Positions 1 through 12,457 are shown, numbered from the whole stretch's first letter. The stretch: DNA of 62,829 bases, filler included, from Nemertoderma westbladi (GCA_032718475.1; 4 parts of 4 records of this genome joined end to end with filler, not necessarily neighbours in it), one strand, 5' to 3'. Notes: generated by a model not told the origin, from the sequence alone. Numbers and translations are program-made.

Positions 1-497
1 TGACAATTGTGTTTCGGGATGTCCTTAATAAGTCCAGTCAGTTCTTCATAAAACTTGACTGCTTGTTCTGGCTCTGACGCATTGGTTGGACTGTAGCAAC
101 ATATAACTGTTGTCTTGGGATTCCCATCAAATGTTGCGATCATAACCCTGGAATTTATAGATTCGATGTTGTTTAGGGTCTTATGTGCAAATGGGCTTAG
201 CAGAATTCCTACTCCACCAATTGATGCATTGGCCAAGTTTCTTACTGCTGAGCTTGTTACTAACGTCCATCCATTTCCAATGTCATTGTACTTCATGACA
301 GTGTCTTCATGACAAATCCGATGTTCTTGGATGCAGATGATATCGATGTTATATTCCATTGCCAGAGCGACCATGTCACCCTGTTTGCTCTGTGCTTTCA
401 GCGTGCGTGCGTTCATTGTTGCAATCTTTAGTGTCTTTTTACATTTCAACAGGTTGGTTCTTCTTTCTTCTCTGTCTTCTGTTCCAGTAGCCAATTT
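1..497 (-). mobile_element. RTE-clade LINE, apurinic endonuclease (APE) region, running off the window start
   Basis: Manual minus-strand translation (not in ORF track): KTLKIATMNARTLKAQSKQGDMVALAMEYNIDIICIQEHR...NASIGGVGILLSP...NSRVMIATFDGNPKTTVICCYSPTN, typical LINE APE motifs (N, QE, GVG, YSPT). No stop down to base 1. Confidence 0.85.
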
Positions 498-3230
498 ATG
501 AGCAACGAGCAACAATGAGCAACAATGAGCAACAACGAGGCAACAATGAGCAACAACGAGCAACAATGAGCAACAACGAGCAACAATGAACAACAACGAG
601 CAACAACGAGCAACAATGAGCAACAACGAGCAACAATGAGCAATAATAAAGTACAACAATGACCAACAATGAGCAACAATGACCAACAACGAGCAACACT
701 GAGCAACAACGAGCAACAATGAGCAACAGCGAGCAACAATGAGTAACAACGAGCAACAATGATCAACAACGAGCAACAATGAGCAACAACGAGCAACAAT
801 GAGCAATAATAAATACAACAATGAGCAACAATGACCAACAATGAGCAACAATGACCAACAACGGGCAACAATGAACAACAATGACCAACAATGAGCAACA
901 ATGACCAACAACGAGCAACAATGAGCAACAACGAGCAACATTGAGCAATAATAAAGTACAACAACGAGCAACAATGAGCAACAATGACCAAGCGCAACAA
1001 CGAGCAACAATGAGCAACAACAAGCAACAATGAGCAACAACGAGCAACAATGAGCAACAACGAGCAACAATGAGCAACAATGAGCAACAACGAGCAACAA
1101 CGAGCAACAATGAGCAACAACGAGCAACAATGAGCAACAACAAGCAACAATGAGCAATAATAAAGTACAACAACGAGCAACAACGAGCAACAATGAGCAA
1201 CAACGAGCAACAATGAGCAATAATAAAGTACAACAATGAGCAACAATGACCAACAATGAGCAACAATTACCAACAACGAGCAACAATGAACAACAATGAC
1301 CAACAATGAGCAACAACGAGCAACAACGAGCAACAACGAGCAACAATGAGCAACAGCGAGCAACAATGAGCAACAACGAGCAACAATGAGCAACAACGAG
1401 CAACAAGGAGCAACAACGAGCAACAACGAGCAACATTGAGCAACAACGAGCAACAATGAGCAACAACGAGCAACAATGAGCAACAACGAGCAACAATGAG
1501 CAACAACGAGCAACACTGAGCAACAATGAGCAACAATGACCAACAATGACCAACAACGAGCAACAATGAGCAACAACGAGCAACATTGAGCAATAATAAA
1601 GTACAACAACGAGCAACAATGAGCAACAATGACCAAGCGCAACAACGAGCAACAATGAGCAACAACAAGCAACAATGAGCAACAACGAGCAACAATGAGC
1701 AACAATGAGCAACAACGAGCAACAACGAGCAACAATGAGCAACAACGAGCAACAATGAGCAACAACGAGCAACAATGAGCAATAATAAAGTACAACAACG
1801 AGCAACAACGAGCAACAATGAGCAACAACGAGCAACAATGAGCAATAATAAAGTACAACAATGAGCAACAATGACCAACAATGAGCAACAATTACCAACA
1901 ACGAGCAACAATGAACAACAATGACCAACAATGAGCAACAACGAGCAACAACGAGCAACAACGAGCAACAATGAGCAACAGCGAGCAACAATGAGCAACA
2001 ACGAGCAACAACGAGCAACAATGAGCAACAACGAGCAACAATGAGCAACAATGAGCAACAACGAGCAACGACGAGCAACAATGAGCAACAACGAGCAACA
2101 ATGAGCAACAACGAGCAACAATGAGCAATAATAAAGTACAACAACGAGCAACAACGAGCAACAATGAGCAACAACGAGCAACAATGAGCAATAATAAAGT
2201 ACAACAATGAGCAACAATGACCAACAATGAGCAACAACGAGCAACAACGAGCAACAACGAGCAACAATGAGCAACAGCGAGCAAAAATGAGCAACCACGA
2301 GCAACAATGAGCAACAACGAGCAACAAGGAGCAACAACGAGCAACAACGAGCAACATTGAGCAACAACGAGCAACAATGAGCAACAACGAACAACAATGA
2401 GCAACAACGAGCAACAATGAGCAACAACGAGCAACAATGGCCAACAATGAGCAACAACGAGCAACAATGAGTAACAACGAGCAACAATGAGCAATAATAA
2501 AGTACAACAACGAGCCACAATGAGCAATAATAAAGTACAACAACGAGTAACAATGACCAACAATGAGCAACAATGAACAACAACGAGCAACAATGAGCAA
2601 CAACGGGCAACAATGAGCAATAATGAGCAATAATAAAGTACAACAACGAGCAGCAATGAGCAATAATAAAGTACAACAACGAGTAACAATGACCAACAAT
2701 GAGCAACAACGAGCAACAATGACGAACAATGACCAACAATGAGCAACAACGAGCAACAATGAGCAACAGCGAGCAACAATGAGCAACAACGAGCAACAAT
2801 GAGCAACAATGAGCAATAATAAAGTACAACAACGAGCAACAATGAGCAATAATAAAGTACAACAACGAGCAACAATGAGCAATAACGAGCAACAATGAGC
2901 AACAATGAGCAATAATAAAGTACAACAATGAGCAACAATGAGCAACAACGAGCAACAACGAGCAACAATGAGCAACAACGAGCAACAATGAGCAACAAAG
3001 AGCAACAACGAGCAACAATGAGCAACAATGAGCAATAATAAAGTACAACAACGAGCAATAATGAGCAATAATAAAGTACAACAACGAGCAACAATGAGCA
3101 ATAATAAAGTACAACAACGAGTAACAACGACCAACAATGAGCAACAACGAGCAACAATGAGCAACAACGAGTAACAATGACCAACAATGAGCAACAACGA
3201 GCAACAATGAGCAACAACGAGTAACAATTA
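498..3230 (+). repeat. Satellite array, 10-bp unit GAGCAACAA(T/C) with interspersed GAGCAATAATAAAGTACAACAA variant
   Basis: Directly visible tandem array of ~2.7 kb. The long L/V/A/C ORFs on the minus strand result from the lack of stop codons in the unit. Confidence 0.97.
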
Positions 3231-3853
3231 TCGGACAATGAAATTAATTCTAGAATGACCGATCATAATCGTAGAATTCACTCAATCAAAATTCAGTCGA
3301 CACCCCATAAGGAGTATCTATTGGACATTTTGCTTTATTTCATTTAGAATTGTAGAAGATACATTTCCTTCAAACGGTGTTTTTTTTAACATTATATTAT
3401 ATTGTACAGACGGTACTTTGCCCAATGTTTCGTTTTTCGTTATTAGGCTGCTCTGCATAGGCGTGTAATTTATTGCAACAATATTATATTGATGATATCC
3501 ATCCATTATTGCAAGCTCTCGATGGCAAGCTTGTAAATAAATAAACCATTAGTTTAATATGTTATAATTGTTAACTCTTGGTTTGGTTATTTTCGAAAAC
3601 CAATACAGGTAGTGGTGTAGTTAATTACAATTAAAAATAATTTTTTGTTTTTCGAAAATATACGAGAATTAAAAATGCACCGATTAAACTAATCGTTTTT
3701 TCAAAAAATCTATTATTTTTGAGCCAAGAGTTTTTTGTTGTATATATAAAGAAACAAAAAACACAACCGGTGTCCAGCTAAACTAATAATAAACTCTAAA
3801 ACTATTGAAAACTCATTCCGAAACCTATTCAAAACCTATTCAATCCTAAAAAA

Positions 3854-4630
3854 TCATTCCGTTACCGCCAGTCCTTTCATTGTGAGATAATGGAGCTGAG
3901 TTTTGGTGAGGAATTGTTTGGTATCTTTATGGATAGTAATTTTAATCATAGAGAACTGCGAATCATAGTTTGCTAAACACTGACCAAGAAAGTGTATATA
4001 TATATTGCCAGCTTTTCGGTTTGGTGTTCCATCTTTTTCAAAATAATCCCAAACACCAACAGTTTTCACGACCAGTTTATCAGTGAAGTTTAAGAAGTTG
4101 ATACGGCATTGCTCACATCGGCTAACCTTGGCCGGACAATTTTTTGTATCCGCGCGTGACACAAGTAGGTATTGATTAGAGACACATCTATCTGGATCAA
4201 TGGCGGCAATTTCTTCGGAATCCGCTGGGTAGTTGTGATCACTGTGAACAACCTCCTCATTTACATAATTACCCTGTTCCAGACTGATAATTTCCGCAGA
4301 CTGATTGCTGCTACATGGAATTGGCGAGACGCGATCAATAAACAAATCAGGCTCCGGCTGGGTAGCACGTTTATTGGAGTGCTGTATTGAAGAAGACTTC
4401 TTGCCTGCCCCCATAGGTTTGTAAAACAACTCAAGAGTTGTTGGTCTAAACGAAAAGAAGGCATTAATCAAATCACTTTTCTTACCATAACCCAAACAAC
4501 ATAACCCACAACCCGTTTTCAGTTCAAGTTCCTCAGGATTGCAAAGAAGCACATTTAAAATAGTTTTAGAATCCCATGATTGCTTTCCGCTGCTGGCAGT
4601 AACTGATGCCAATTCATCCCCATCCTCCAT
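3854..4630 (-). CDS. Uncharacterised 258-aa ORF with C-terminal CxxC...HxxxxC zinc-finger-like domain; probably a transposon-derived remnant
   Basis: Non-repetitive ORF. VSRCEQCR...NIYIHFLGQCL resembles PARP-type zinc-finger tails seen on invertebrate transposase-associated ORFs (from memory, unverified). Confidence 0.35.
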   Translation of the reverse strand: MEDGDELASVTASSGKQSWDSKTILNVLLCNPEELELKTGCGLCCLGYGKKSDLINAFFSFRPTTLELFYKPMGAGKKSSSIQHSNKRATQPEPDLFIDRVSPIPCSSNQSAEIISLEQGNYVNEEVVHSDHNYPADSEEIAAIDPDRCVSNQYLLVSRADTKNCPAKVSRCEQCRINFLNFTDKLVVKTVGVWDYFEKDGTPNRKAGNIYIHFLGQCLANYDSQFSMIKITIHKDTKQFLTKTQLHYLTMKGLAVTE

Positions 4631-4723
4631 TATAAGGGTCAGGTAGTTTCAGATTTTATAAAATTTTATATTAGATAGCCCTACATTATACTACACTACA
4701 TTTCATAATACACTTATAACTTA

Positions 4724-4908
4724 TGTTGGGCACAGCTTTTGCAAAGTCAGCGAGTTTACCTGCTCATGGCCTCTCATCAGTCAATACCATCCTATGATGC
4801 CACTGTGCTCAACCCTACAGTACTAGGGCTACAGAATTCCAAGCCAGAGGTCACCAGTTCGATCCCATCCGGACGACATTGCCGACTTTGCAAAACCTGT
4901 GCCAAACA
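4724..4908. mobile_element. Two head-to-head partial copies of a SINE-like element (5S-like part on minus, tRNA-like part on plus)
   Basis: Inverted ends TGTTGGGCACAGCTTTTGCAAAGTCAGC / GCCGACTTTGCAAAACCTGTGCCAAACA; B-box-like CAGTTCGATCCC; both halves match the element at 61312-61570. Confidence 0.55.
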
Positions 4909-6144
4909 AAAGTAATAATAATATGAAACCACAGATTCACTCATAACACCAATAATAAATAATACCCTTGTATGGCATGACAACAAATAAGCTATAGTAC
5001 CAACGTCAATATGGTGTCGTCGCGTTACGGCTACTGACGCGCTACGGCTACTCTAAAAGTCGCGTTATGGCAATTAATTGTCGCGTTACGGCTAATCTAT
5101 TGTTTTGGTTTTACATAGGGAATCATTATCAAATTGTTCCAAGTCAAAAGAAGCCCGTTATCTTACTACATATATATCTACTTGTGGCGGTTAACTTCAA
5201 AGTCCTCGTCTTAAGTTCCTGTCGCAGTCTCTAATTATATTAATACATGTTGATAAAGAAATAATAAGCTAATAAAATTTATTGGTTTTCATAATTTTTA
5301 ATTTAATAGCTGTGTGTGTATATAAAAAATTCACATAATTTCAGAATTTAGAAATAGTAAGTTACAATAATGTACTTGATATTAATTATATTAATTATTT
5401 GTAATTACAATATTAATTAATTATATATTAATATATATATATTAATAGCATTCGTAAACTATGTACATCATTTAAGATAATCGGGCCTATCAAAAGTATC
5501 ATTTTAGATGTTTTATACAATGGGTGTAGTTGACTACTTGACTTCCAGGTTCTTCCAGGTTGCCAATACGAGTCAAAGTAGGAACTGGACTCCATGTGGA
5601 TCCAGGGGAAGTCATTTTGACGTTGGTACTGTAAGTCTGTCGTTTGAGGCGTAGGTCCTATTTCTAACGTTGGCACAGTCACGATTCGGGTACCTACAAA
5701 TGTAATAGGTACAGAATACTACTGTCAGACTGTACTAAATTTTGTACTAAAAACTAACTGGGCAAAGTCTACTGAACAGACCTTTTGCTAAATCGACAGA
5801 ACCCGTTGACCGGACCCATGGCCATTTAAAGGCAGAAAGGAGCAGGCAGCAGATTAGTAAAGGACCGGGTTACAGAGGCGTGTTCCTGTGTTGGCGTTGG
5901 TGGGAACCAAAACAATAAACGAAAGTTAAGACATGTTACAAGATTATGGGTCCGGTCACAAAAAGCTCAGGTAATAAGGGTCCGGTCCAATAATACACAA
6001 GTAAAATATAAATCAAATATAAAGCTTCAACATATAAATAAAAATTTAATAGACCTAAAGTAAATAACAAATCCAATACAAAATAGGCTTGGCCTGCCCC
6101 ATCCCACAAGCTATACAGTAGTCTGTAATATAGAACGCCAGGCA

Positions 6145-7038
6145 GACAACGAACAACAATGAGCAACAACGAGCAACAAAAAGCAACACTGAGCAACAAC
6201 GAACAACAATGAGCAACAGCGAGCAACAATGAGCGACAAAGAGCAACAACGAGCAACAATGAGCGACAAAGAGCAACAATGAGCAACAACGAGCAACAAT
6301 GAGCAATAACGCGCAACAATGAGCAACAACGAGCAATAGTAAAGTACAACAATGGGAAACAATGAGCATCAACGAGCAACAATGAGCAACAACGAGCAAC
6401 AATGATGAACAACGAGCAATAATAAAGTACAACAACGAGCAATAATGAGCAACAACGAGCAACAATAAGCAACAACGAGCAACAATGAGCAATAACGCGC
6501 AACAATGAGCAACAACGAGCAATAGTAAAGAACAACAATGGGAAACAATGAGCATCAACGAGCAACAATAAGCAACAACGAGCAACAATGATGAACAACG
6601 AGCAATAATAAAGTACAACAACGAGCAATAATGAGCAACAACGAGCAACAATAAGCAACAATGAGGAACATCGAGCAATAATAAAGTACAACAATGAGCT
6701 ACAACGAGCAACAATGAGCAACAACGAGCAATAATGAGCAACAATGAGCAACAACGAGCAACAATGATCAACAACGAGCAACAATGAGCAACAACGAGCA
6801 ACAATGATCAACAACGAGCAATAATAAAGTACAACAACGAGCAATAATAAAATACAACAACGAGCAATACTGAGCAACAATGGGCAATAATAAAGTACAA
6901 CAACGTGCAACAACGAGCAACAATGAGCAACACCAATCAACAATGAGCAACAATAAGCAGCAATGAGCAACAACAATCTACAATGAGCAACAATGAGAAA
7001 TAACGAGAAATAATAAAGTACAACAACGAGCAACAATG
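6145..7038 (+). repeat. Second, more diverged array of the 10-bp GAGCAACAA(T/C) satellite
   Basis: Same unit as 498-3230, more variants. Confidence 0.95.
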
Positions 7039-7192
7039 ATACTTATGCAGCATAATGTATCCCAGTAATCCCGAATATATATGTAGGATATAAATAAATT
7101 CCCAACCAAGAACTTAATAAATAAGCTTCCATACCCGCAATGTCACAATACTGCTATACTGCGACGATTAATCAGTTTACCTGATTTCAGTC

Positions 7193-7459
7193 TTGTTACT
7201 CGTTGTTACTCGTTGTTGTACTTTATTATTGCTCGTTGTTGATCATTGTTGCTCGTTGTTGATCATTATTGCTCGTTGTTGATCATTGTTGCTGGTTGTT
7301 GCTCATTGTTGGTCATTGTTGCTGGTTGTTGCTCATTGTTGGTCATTGTTGCTCATTGTTGATCATTGTTGCTGGTTGTTGCTCATTGTTGGTCATTGTT
7401 GCTCATTGTTGATCATTGTTGCTGGTTGTTGCTCATTGTTGGTCATTGTTGCTCGTTGT
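7193..7459 (-). repeat. Third array of the 10-bp satellite, inverted orientation
   Basis: (TTGTTGCTCA/TTGTTGCTCG)n is the reverse complement of the upstream arrays. Confidence 0.93.
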
Positions 7460-7831
7460 GCATTTTAGCACTTACCCTAGTTACTACGTATTACGTGTGT
7501 TGAATGTTTGTGGTATGAGTGAGTATGTGTGATGGAAGTACTTAAATTTAGATTGTTTTTGCTATTATGTATATATAATATATATTATGTTCGAGTACTT
7601 TACGTACTGGGTTCAACTACAGTATGTATTTCTTTTCTAAATACTCCGGTATTGTAGCGTGCAGTTGGTACTACTGTACTTTGATCTCAACAATAGCCTT
7701 AATTGGCTTGTTGGGATGAACAATAAACAATTATTTAGTATTTCAACACCAGTGATGCCCTATTACCTTGACAAAGGAGGACACAGGTAGGCAGACATCA
7801 AACGATGACGATGCAAGAATAATCAATTCTT

Positions 7832-7931
7832 NNNNNNNNNNNNNNNNNNNNNNNNNNNNNNNNNNNNNNNNNNNNTTAATTAATTAANNNNNNNNNNNNN
7901 NNNNNNNNNNNNNNNNNNNNNNNNNNNNNNN
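7832..7931. other. Assembly gap linker (N44-TTAATTAATTAA-N44)
   Basis: 100-bp N run with a six-frame stop cassette; artificial. Confidence 0.98.
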
Positions 7932-8365
7932 CTGAAAGTGAAATCGTTGTCGTCGTTATGATATTGACATAACTTTGTCGAATTTAAAGCTGCCAAGTTG
8001 AAAATTTGTTTTGTTGAAAATCAGTTCAACAGTCACCCGCTATAGGACTACTTTATGCCTGAAAGTGAATAGATTCTCCCGTCTCATTGATTTTAATCAG
8101 TTTAAGCTGAATCTTGCCATATATTCTGGACCACATGCTGCGTCTTTGTGGGGGGGGGGGGGAGATTTAATCGGTCTGCCGCTATACGACGAAATTTCTG
8201 AAAGTGAGATCCGTCTCTCATTTCGTTATCCGTTATTCAAGATGAAACTTGGCCGATGTACGTATGTACTATTCATCCATAGGCTGTGTCTTTGTGGGGC
8301 TGGAGACCCTAATCCATCTTCAGTTCTCACTATACCGCTAGAGTCAGAAATGTCTGAATAGAAAT
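7932..8365. mobile_element. Dispersed repeat, related to ~30960-31480; possibly Helitron/Helentron-derived non-autonomous element
   Basis: GTTGTCGTCGTTATGATATTGACATAACTTTGTCGAATTTAAAGCTG...AAAATTTGT matches 31067-31144; recurring GAAATxTCTGAAA motifs in both. Superfamily is a guess. Confidence 0.45.
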
Positions 8366-8784
8366 GAAAGAGGTAAAAAGTGATTAGGCGAAATCTGCTT
8401 AAAATTTGCTAATACAGTAATACTTTCGAATTAGTACTTAAATTAAATTTAAGTCACGTGCTGCGCGAAGGCCCCACTTCGTGTAATCATTGTGTTCCGA
8501 AACACAATGTAAAAGTCATTGCTGGTGACCTGAATGCCAAAGCCAAATTTACCCATGACATCAATCAATGGTCGCTCTCACTCACTCATATAACATACCA
8601 GTTCGGGCAGAATAAGTTGTAACCAAAGTCGCTCCTTGGTTGCTTCCTTCTTGGCCTTGGTCTATTGGTTACAGGGTTAGTTGCAAACTGAACTTATTTA
8701 TTCAGTTTTCTTTCAAATTTTACATTTATCAGTTTGAGTTTATCACAAAGTAATAATTATTGTATAGGCCTAGCGACAAACGTA

Positions 8785-11697
8785 ATGGCGGGATTATTCG
8801 ACCAATATGAGGCAGCCAGTGTTGCGGACAATCGAAATCGACAAACGCGAAACATCGAAACGTCAACATACGATGCAGAAACAACATCATCCGGTAAACC
8901 ACGGGTGATGAACCCGATATTCAGTAAACGGCGAATCAACTTCCGACCCCAAGCTCCAATATCTCATCTAGTTGTTGGGAATGGTAACCTCTTAATCGCC
9001 CTAACCAACAATACCTTGATACGTATAGATACAGAGAAGCCAGACAGTGAACAACAACCAATCGAATTAACTCGGCCTTACGATGAAAAAATTCACTCGA
9101 TATTCCTGGACCCAACAGGACACCATTCTTTGATCTCACTCGTCTCCCAAGATGTTCTCTATTTATACAAAAACTCACAGAAATATCGCCATCTTCCGAA
9201 ATTAAAAGGGCTGGTGATCGATAGCGTCGGATGGAATCGGGGTTCATCAGGGCCGCAGGGAACAGGTGAGATTCTAATCGGAACAAATAAAGGTGTCATA
9301 TGGGAGACGGAACTCCTAGCACCGGACGACCACAAGATATTTATAGCGAGCGCGGTTGAGCAGTACGCTAAGCAGGTGTTTAACTTAGGGAGGGATTCCT
9401 CGGTTTCTATAACGTCATTGGCGTTCGAAAGACTTCCCTCTACAACCTCCGATAGACGCTACTTTATTATCCTAACGACCCCGGATCGTCTTTACCAATT
9501 CATCGGTTCTGTTCCCCAATCCGTCGATCCACCTGTGTTCCTCAACATCTTCATGTACGAAGGGAAACCCGCAAGTTTCCTAGAATTACCTGGAAGTTTC
9601 GGATATTCCGAGTTGAAGTTGTTTCATCCGGTGTTCAAGGATTTACCTCGGAAATTTGCGTGGTTGGCGGGACCCGGAGTTTACTACGGGCTGATGGACA
9701 CCGATGTAGAGCCGGGTTGTCAGACCGTTACTAAGGACGCCGAGTTGTTCAGCTACCCGGTAACAACCAACACAAACCCGCTATCGATACTCCTAACTGA
9801 GTTCCATATACTGTTACTCTACGAGGACTGCGTGCGTATTATGTGCGTTCTAAACGGCCAACTCGTCTTGGAAGACAATTACCAGAGCCGTTACGGGAGT
9901 ATGAAGCGAATAATTCGGGATTCGATCAAAGGGACCATATGGAGTTACTCGGATCAACATGTCTTCAAATACTCGGTAGAAGACGAAACCAGAGATGTCT
10001 GGAAGATTTACTTAGAGATGGAGGACTTTAGTAGCGCGTTGAAACATTGCGATGGGAACGTCTCGCAGATGAACCAGGTTCGTTTAAAGGAAGCTGAATA
10101 TTTTTTTAATCGAAATGAATTCTCTAACAGCGCAGAATGTTTCGCTAAAACCGACGCTTTATTCGGGGAAACCGCGTTAAAGTTTCTCAGCGTTGGGAAC
10201 GACGCGGCGTTACGAGTGTTCCTTGTGCGGAAACTCGAAGGATTGCGACTGGGCGATCGCGCGCAGGTGGCGATGCTGCTGTGCTGGCTGGTCGAGTTGC
10301 ATCTGGACGGGATGGCGGGCTCTGATCGCCTTGCCGTGCAGTCGGAATTGCGTCGGATTCTCTCTCTCCCATTAGTTAAACCCGTTCTATCCGACTGCCA
10401 ATCAACCATATATAATCTAATTAGTTGCCACGGGAACACGGAGGATTACGTTTATTTCGCGTCGCTTATTAAAGACGCAGATCGGGTCGTCGCTCATCAT
10501 TTATCGCGATCTGAATTCCCCGCGGCGATAAGTTACTTAATGAAATACGGCGACGTGAACCTCATCTATAAGTTCTCCCCGACACTAATGGAGCACGCGA
10601 GTAGCGCCTGTGTGGACGCGTTCATCCAGCTGCGAGGGCGACTGAACCCCCGGGAACTGATGCCGGCCTTGGTGCAGTACGAGACGAGTGGGGCCTCCTC
10701 CCGGAACCAACAGAACCAAGCGATTCGCTACCTAGAGTTCGCCGTCTCGTCTCTCTCGCACACGGACCCCGCTATACACAACTACCTACTGAGCCTCTAC
10801 GCTAAATACCAACCCGATAGACTCCTGGACTACCTGAAGGCCAGTCAGGAGCCCCGATACGATGTTAAGTACGCGCTGCGTCTCTGCGACCAACTGGGAC
10901 ACAAACGCGCTTGCGTTTATATCTACACGCTGATTGGTCAGTACGAAGAGGCGGTGGACACGGCGTTAACATTCGATGTCGATCTCGCGAAATTAAACGC
11001 CAATCTCCCTGAGGACGACGACGAACTGAGGAAGAAACTCTGGTTGAAAATCGCGAAACACGTTGTGCAACACGATAAGAAGGTGGAGGCGGCTATGGAG
11101 TTCCTAGGAGAGTGCGAGTTGCTAAAGATTGAAGATATTCTTCCATTCTTCCCTCCGTTTGAGACTATAGAACACTTTAAGGACGCCATCTGTCAGTCCC
11201 TCGGCGAGTACAACCAACACATCGATAAGCTAAAGGACGAAATGAAAGAAGCGACCGAATCAGCACAAAGAATCCGCGACGATATTCTCGATATACGCAA
11301 CCGACACGTCGTTGTAAAGGCCACTCAGAAATGCTGCTCTTGCGATTATAATCTAATGGCGCGGCATTTTTATGTGTTTCCATGCCAACACGGATTCCAT
11401 ACGGATTGTTTGTTGGACGAGATTTCTGAATATATAAGTCCGGCAAAGAGATTGCGTATAGAGGCATTGCAGGCTCGAGTAGCGTCGGAGTTGGTACCGG
11501 TTGTTAGGTCGGTAGAAGTCGAGACTTCCAGTTTGAATTCATCCGCGTTGCTCGCGGCTACAGACGGACCTCATGAGGAGTTGGTGGATCTGATAGCGAG
11601 CGAGTGCGTTTACTGCGGGGATTTAATGCTGCGATCCGTTGACAAACCCTTTATTCCTTGGGATAACTACGAGAAACTAATGAAAGATTGGCTGTGA
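8785..11697 (+). CDS. VPS18: Vacuolar protein sorting 18 (HOPS/CORVET subunit), uninterrupted CDS, 970 aa
   Basis: First ATG at 8785 (MAGLFDQYE...). Pep3/Vps18 motifs IFLDPTGHH, ILLTEFHILLLY; clathrin-repeat region AIHNYLLSLY, LRKKLWLKIAKHVV, LLKIEDILPFFP; C-terminal RING (FYVFPCQHGFHTDCL...ECVYCG). Confidence 0.97.
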   Translation: MAGLFDQYEAASVADNRNRQTRNIETSTYDAETTSSGKPRVMNPIFSKRRINFRPQAPISHLVVGNGNLLIALTNNTLIRIDTEKPDSEQQPIELTRPYDEKIHSIFLDPTGHHSLISLVSQDVLYLYKNSQKYRHLPKLKGLVIDSVGWNRGSSGPQGTGEILIGTNKGVIWETELLAPDDHKIFIASAVEQYAKQVFNLGRDSSVSITSLAFERLPSTTSDRRYFIILTTPDRLYQFIGSVPQSVDPPVFLNIFMYEGKPASFLELPGSFGYSELKLFHPVFKDLPRKFAWLAGPGVYYGLMDTDVEPGCQTVTKDAELFSYPVTTNTNPLSILLTEFHILLLYEDCVRIMCVLNGQLVLEDNYQSRYGSMKRIIRDSIKGTIWSYSDQHVFKYSVEDETRDVWKIYLEMEDFSSALKHCDGNVSQMNQVRLKEAEYFFNRNEFSNSAECFAKTDALFGETALKFLSVGNDAALRVFLVRKLEGLRLGDRAQVAMLLCWLVELHLDGMAGSDRLAVQSELRRILSLPLVKPVLSDCQSTIYNLISCHGNTEDYVYFASLIKDADRVVAHHLSRSEFPAAISYLMKYGDVNLIYKFSPTLMEHASSACVDAFIQLRGRLNPRELMPALVQYETSGASSRNQQNQAIRYLEFAVSSLSHTDPAIHNYLLSLYAKYQPDRLLDYLKASQEPRYDVKYALRLCDQLGHKRACVYIYTLIGQYEEAVDTALTFDVDLAKLNANLPEDDDELRKKLWLKIAKHVVQHDKKVEAAMEFLGECELLKIEDILPFFPPFETIEHFKDAICQSLGEYNQHIDKLKDEMKEATESAQRIRDDILDIRNRHVVVKATQKCCSCDYNLMARHFYVFPCQHGFHTDCLLDEISEYISPAKRLRIEALQARVASELVPVVRSVEVETSSLNSSALLAATDGPHEELVDLIASECVYCGDLMLRSVDKPFIPWDNYEKLMKDWL

Positions 11698-12457
11698 TGT
11701 ATTTATTAGTATATTTTATTAGATGTAGTTTAATTAAAGCCACTAATTTATTAATTATTGTTAATTTGCAGTTAAAGTTTTCTCAATATTTATTTCGAAA
11801 TTCCGCAGAAAAATAATTCGGTATTAATTGATATTTAAATATTAATATTTAAAGTAAATGACCTGTTGACATGGGTAATAGAGGGCCCATAAAACTATAT
11901 TGTAATGGTAATTATGTACCAACACCGTCCACATCATTTTGGATTTACGGACAGGACTGACTAGTAGAAGTGCGGCATCATAATGCTAAGGATCTATCCG
12001 CTAAGTGAATGTCAATCATTTGTTATTTATAATTTGTGCGCTACCTGGAGGAGTGGCGGCTTTCTAGTGATCCGCTACAGTAACTTTCTATAAGTTTTGT
12101 CCTTTCTATACTGCAACGTTTAAAATAATGCTCAAATTACTCTCTGCTAGAATTGAATGTAAGTTGTAGTAGAACTATGTCGACTATTACAGTCTAGCTA
12201 GACGGGGGGGTGGGGGGGGGGGGGGGGCTTGATGCAAATCACATCTCTGAAATAATTTATCGCCACCACAATGTTAAATTATCTATTAAGGGAAAGGAGC
12301 ATATTACAGTACCTCGTTATTCTAACCAAAACAATAAACTAAAGTCGATAGAACAGGTTACAGTTTTACTTTCGGGAGTAATCAGCTGTTATTTGCATCG
12401 ATTGTCCCCCCGCCCCATTCCCTTCTTCTATCCGAGTTTGGGTAACTCTAATTTTCT

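Noticed and set aside
446-3238. Long Leu/Val/Ala/Cys ORFs (up to 646 aa), also at 5936-7468
   Set aside because: They are translations of a 10-bp satellite with no minus-strand stops; the same peptide appears in all frames.
7876-7887. TTAATTAATTAA palindrome repeated three times in the window
   Set aside because: It lies inside N runs and is an artificial six-frame stop linker; adjacency across these gaps is not guaranteed.
8734-8784. N-terminal extensions in the ORF track for VPS18, MND1 (14769-14900) and RPA1 (15878)
   Set aside because: They begin at TTG; recognisable homology starts at the downstream ATG codons.
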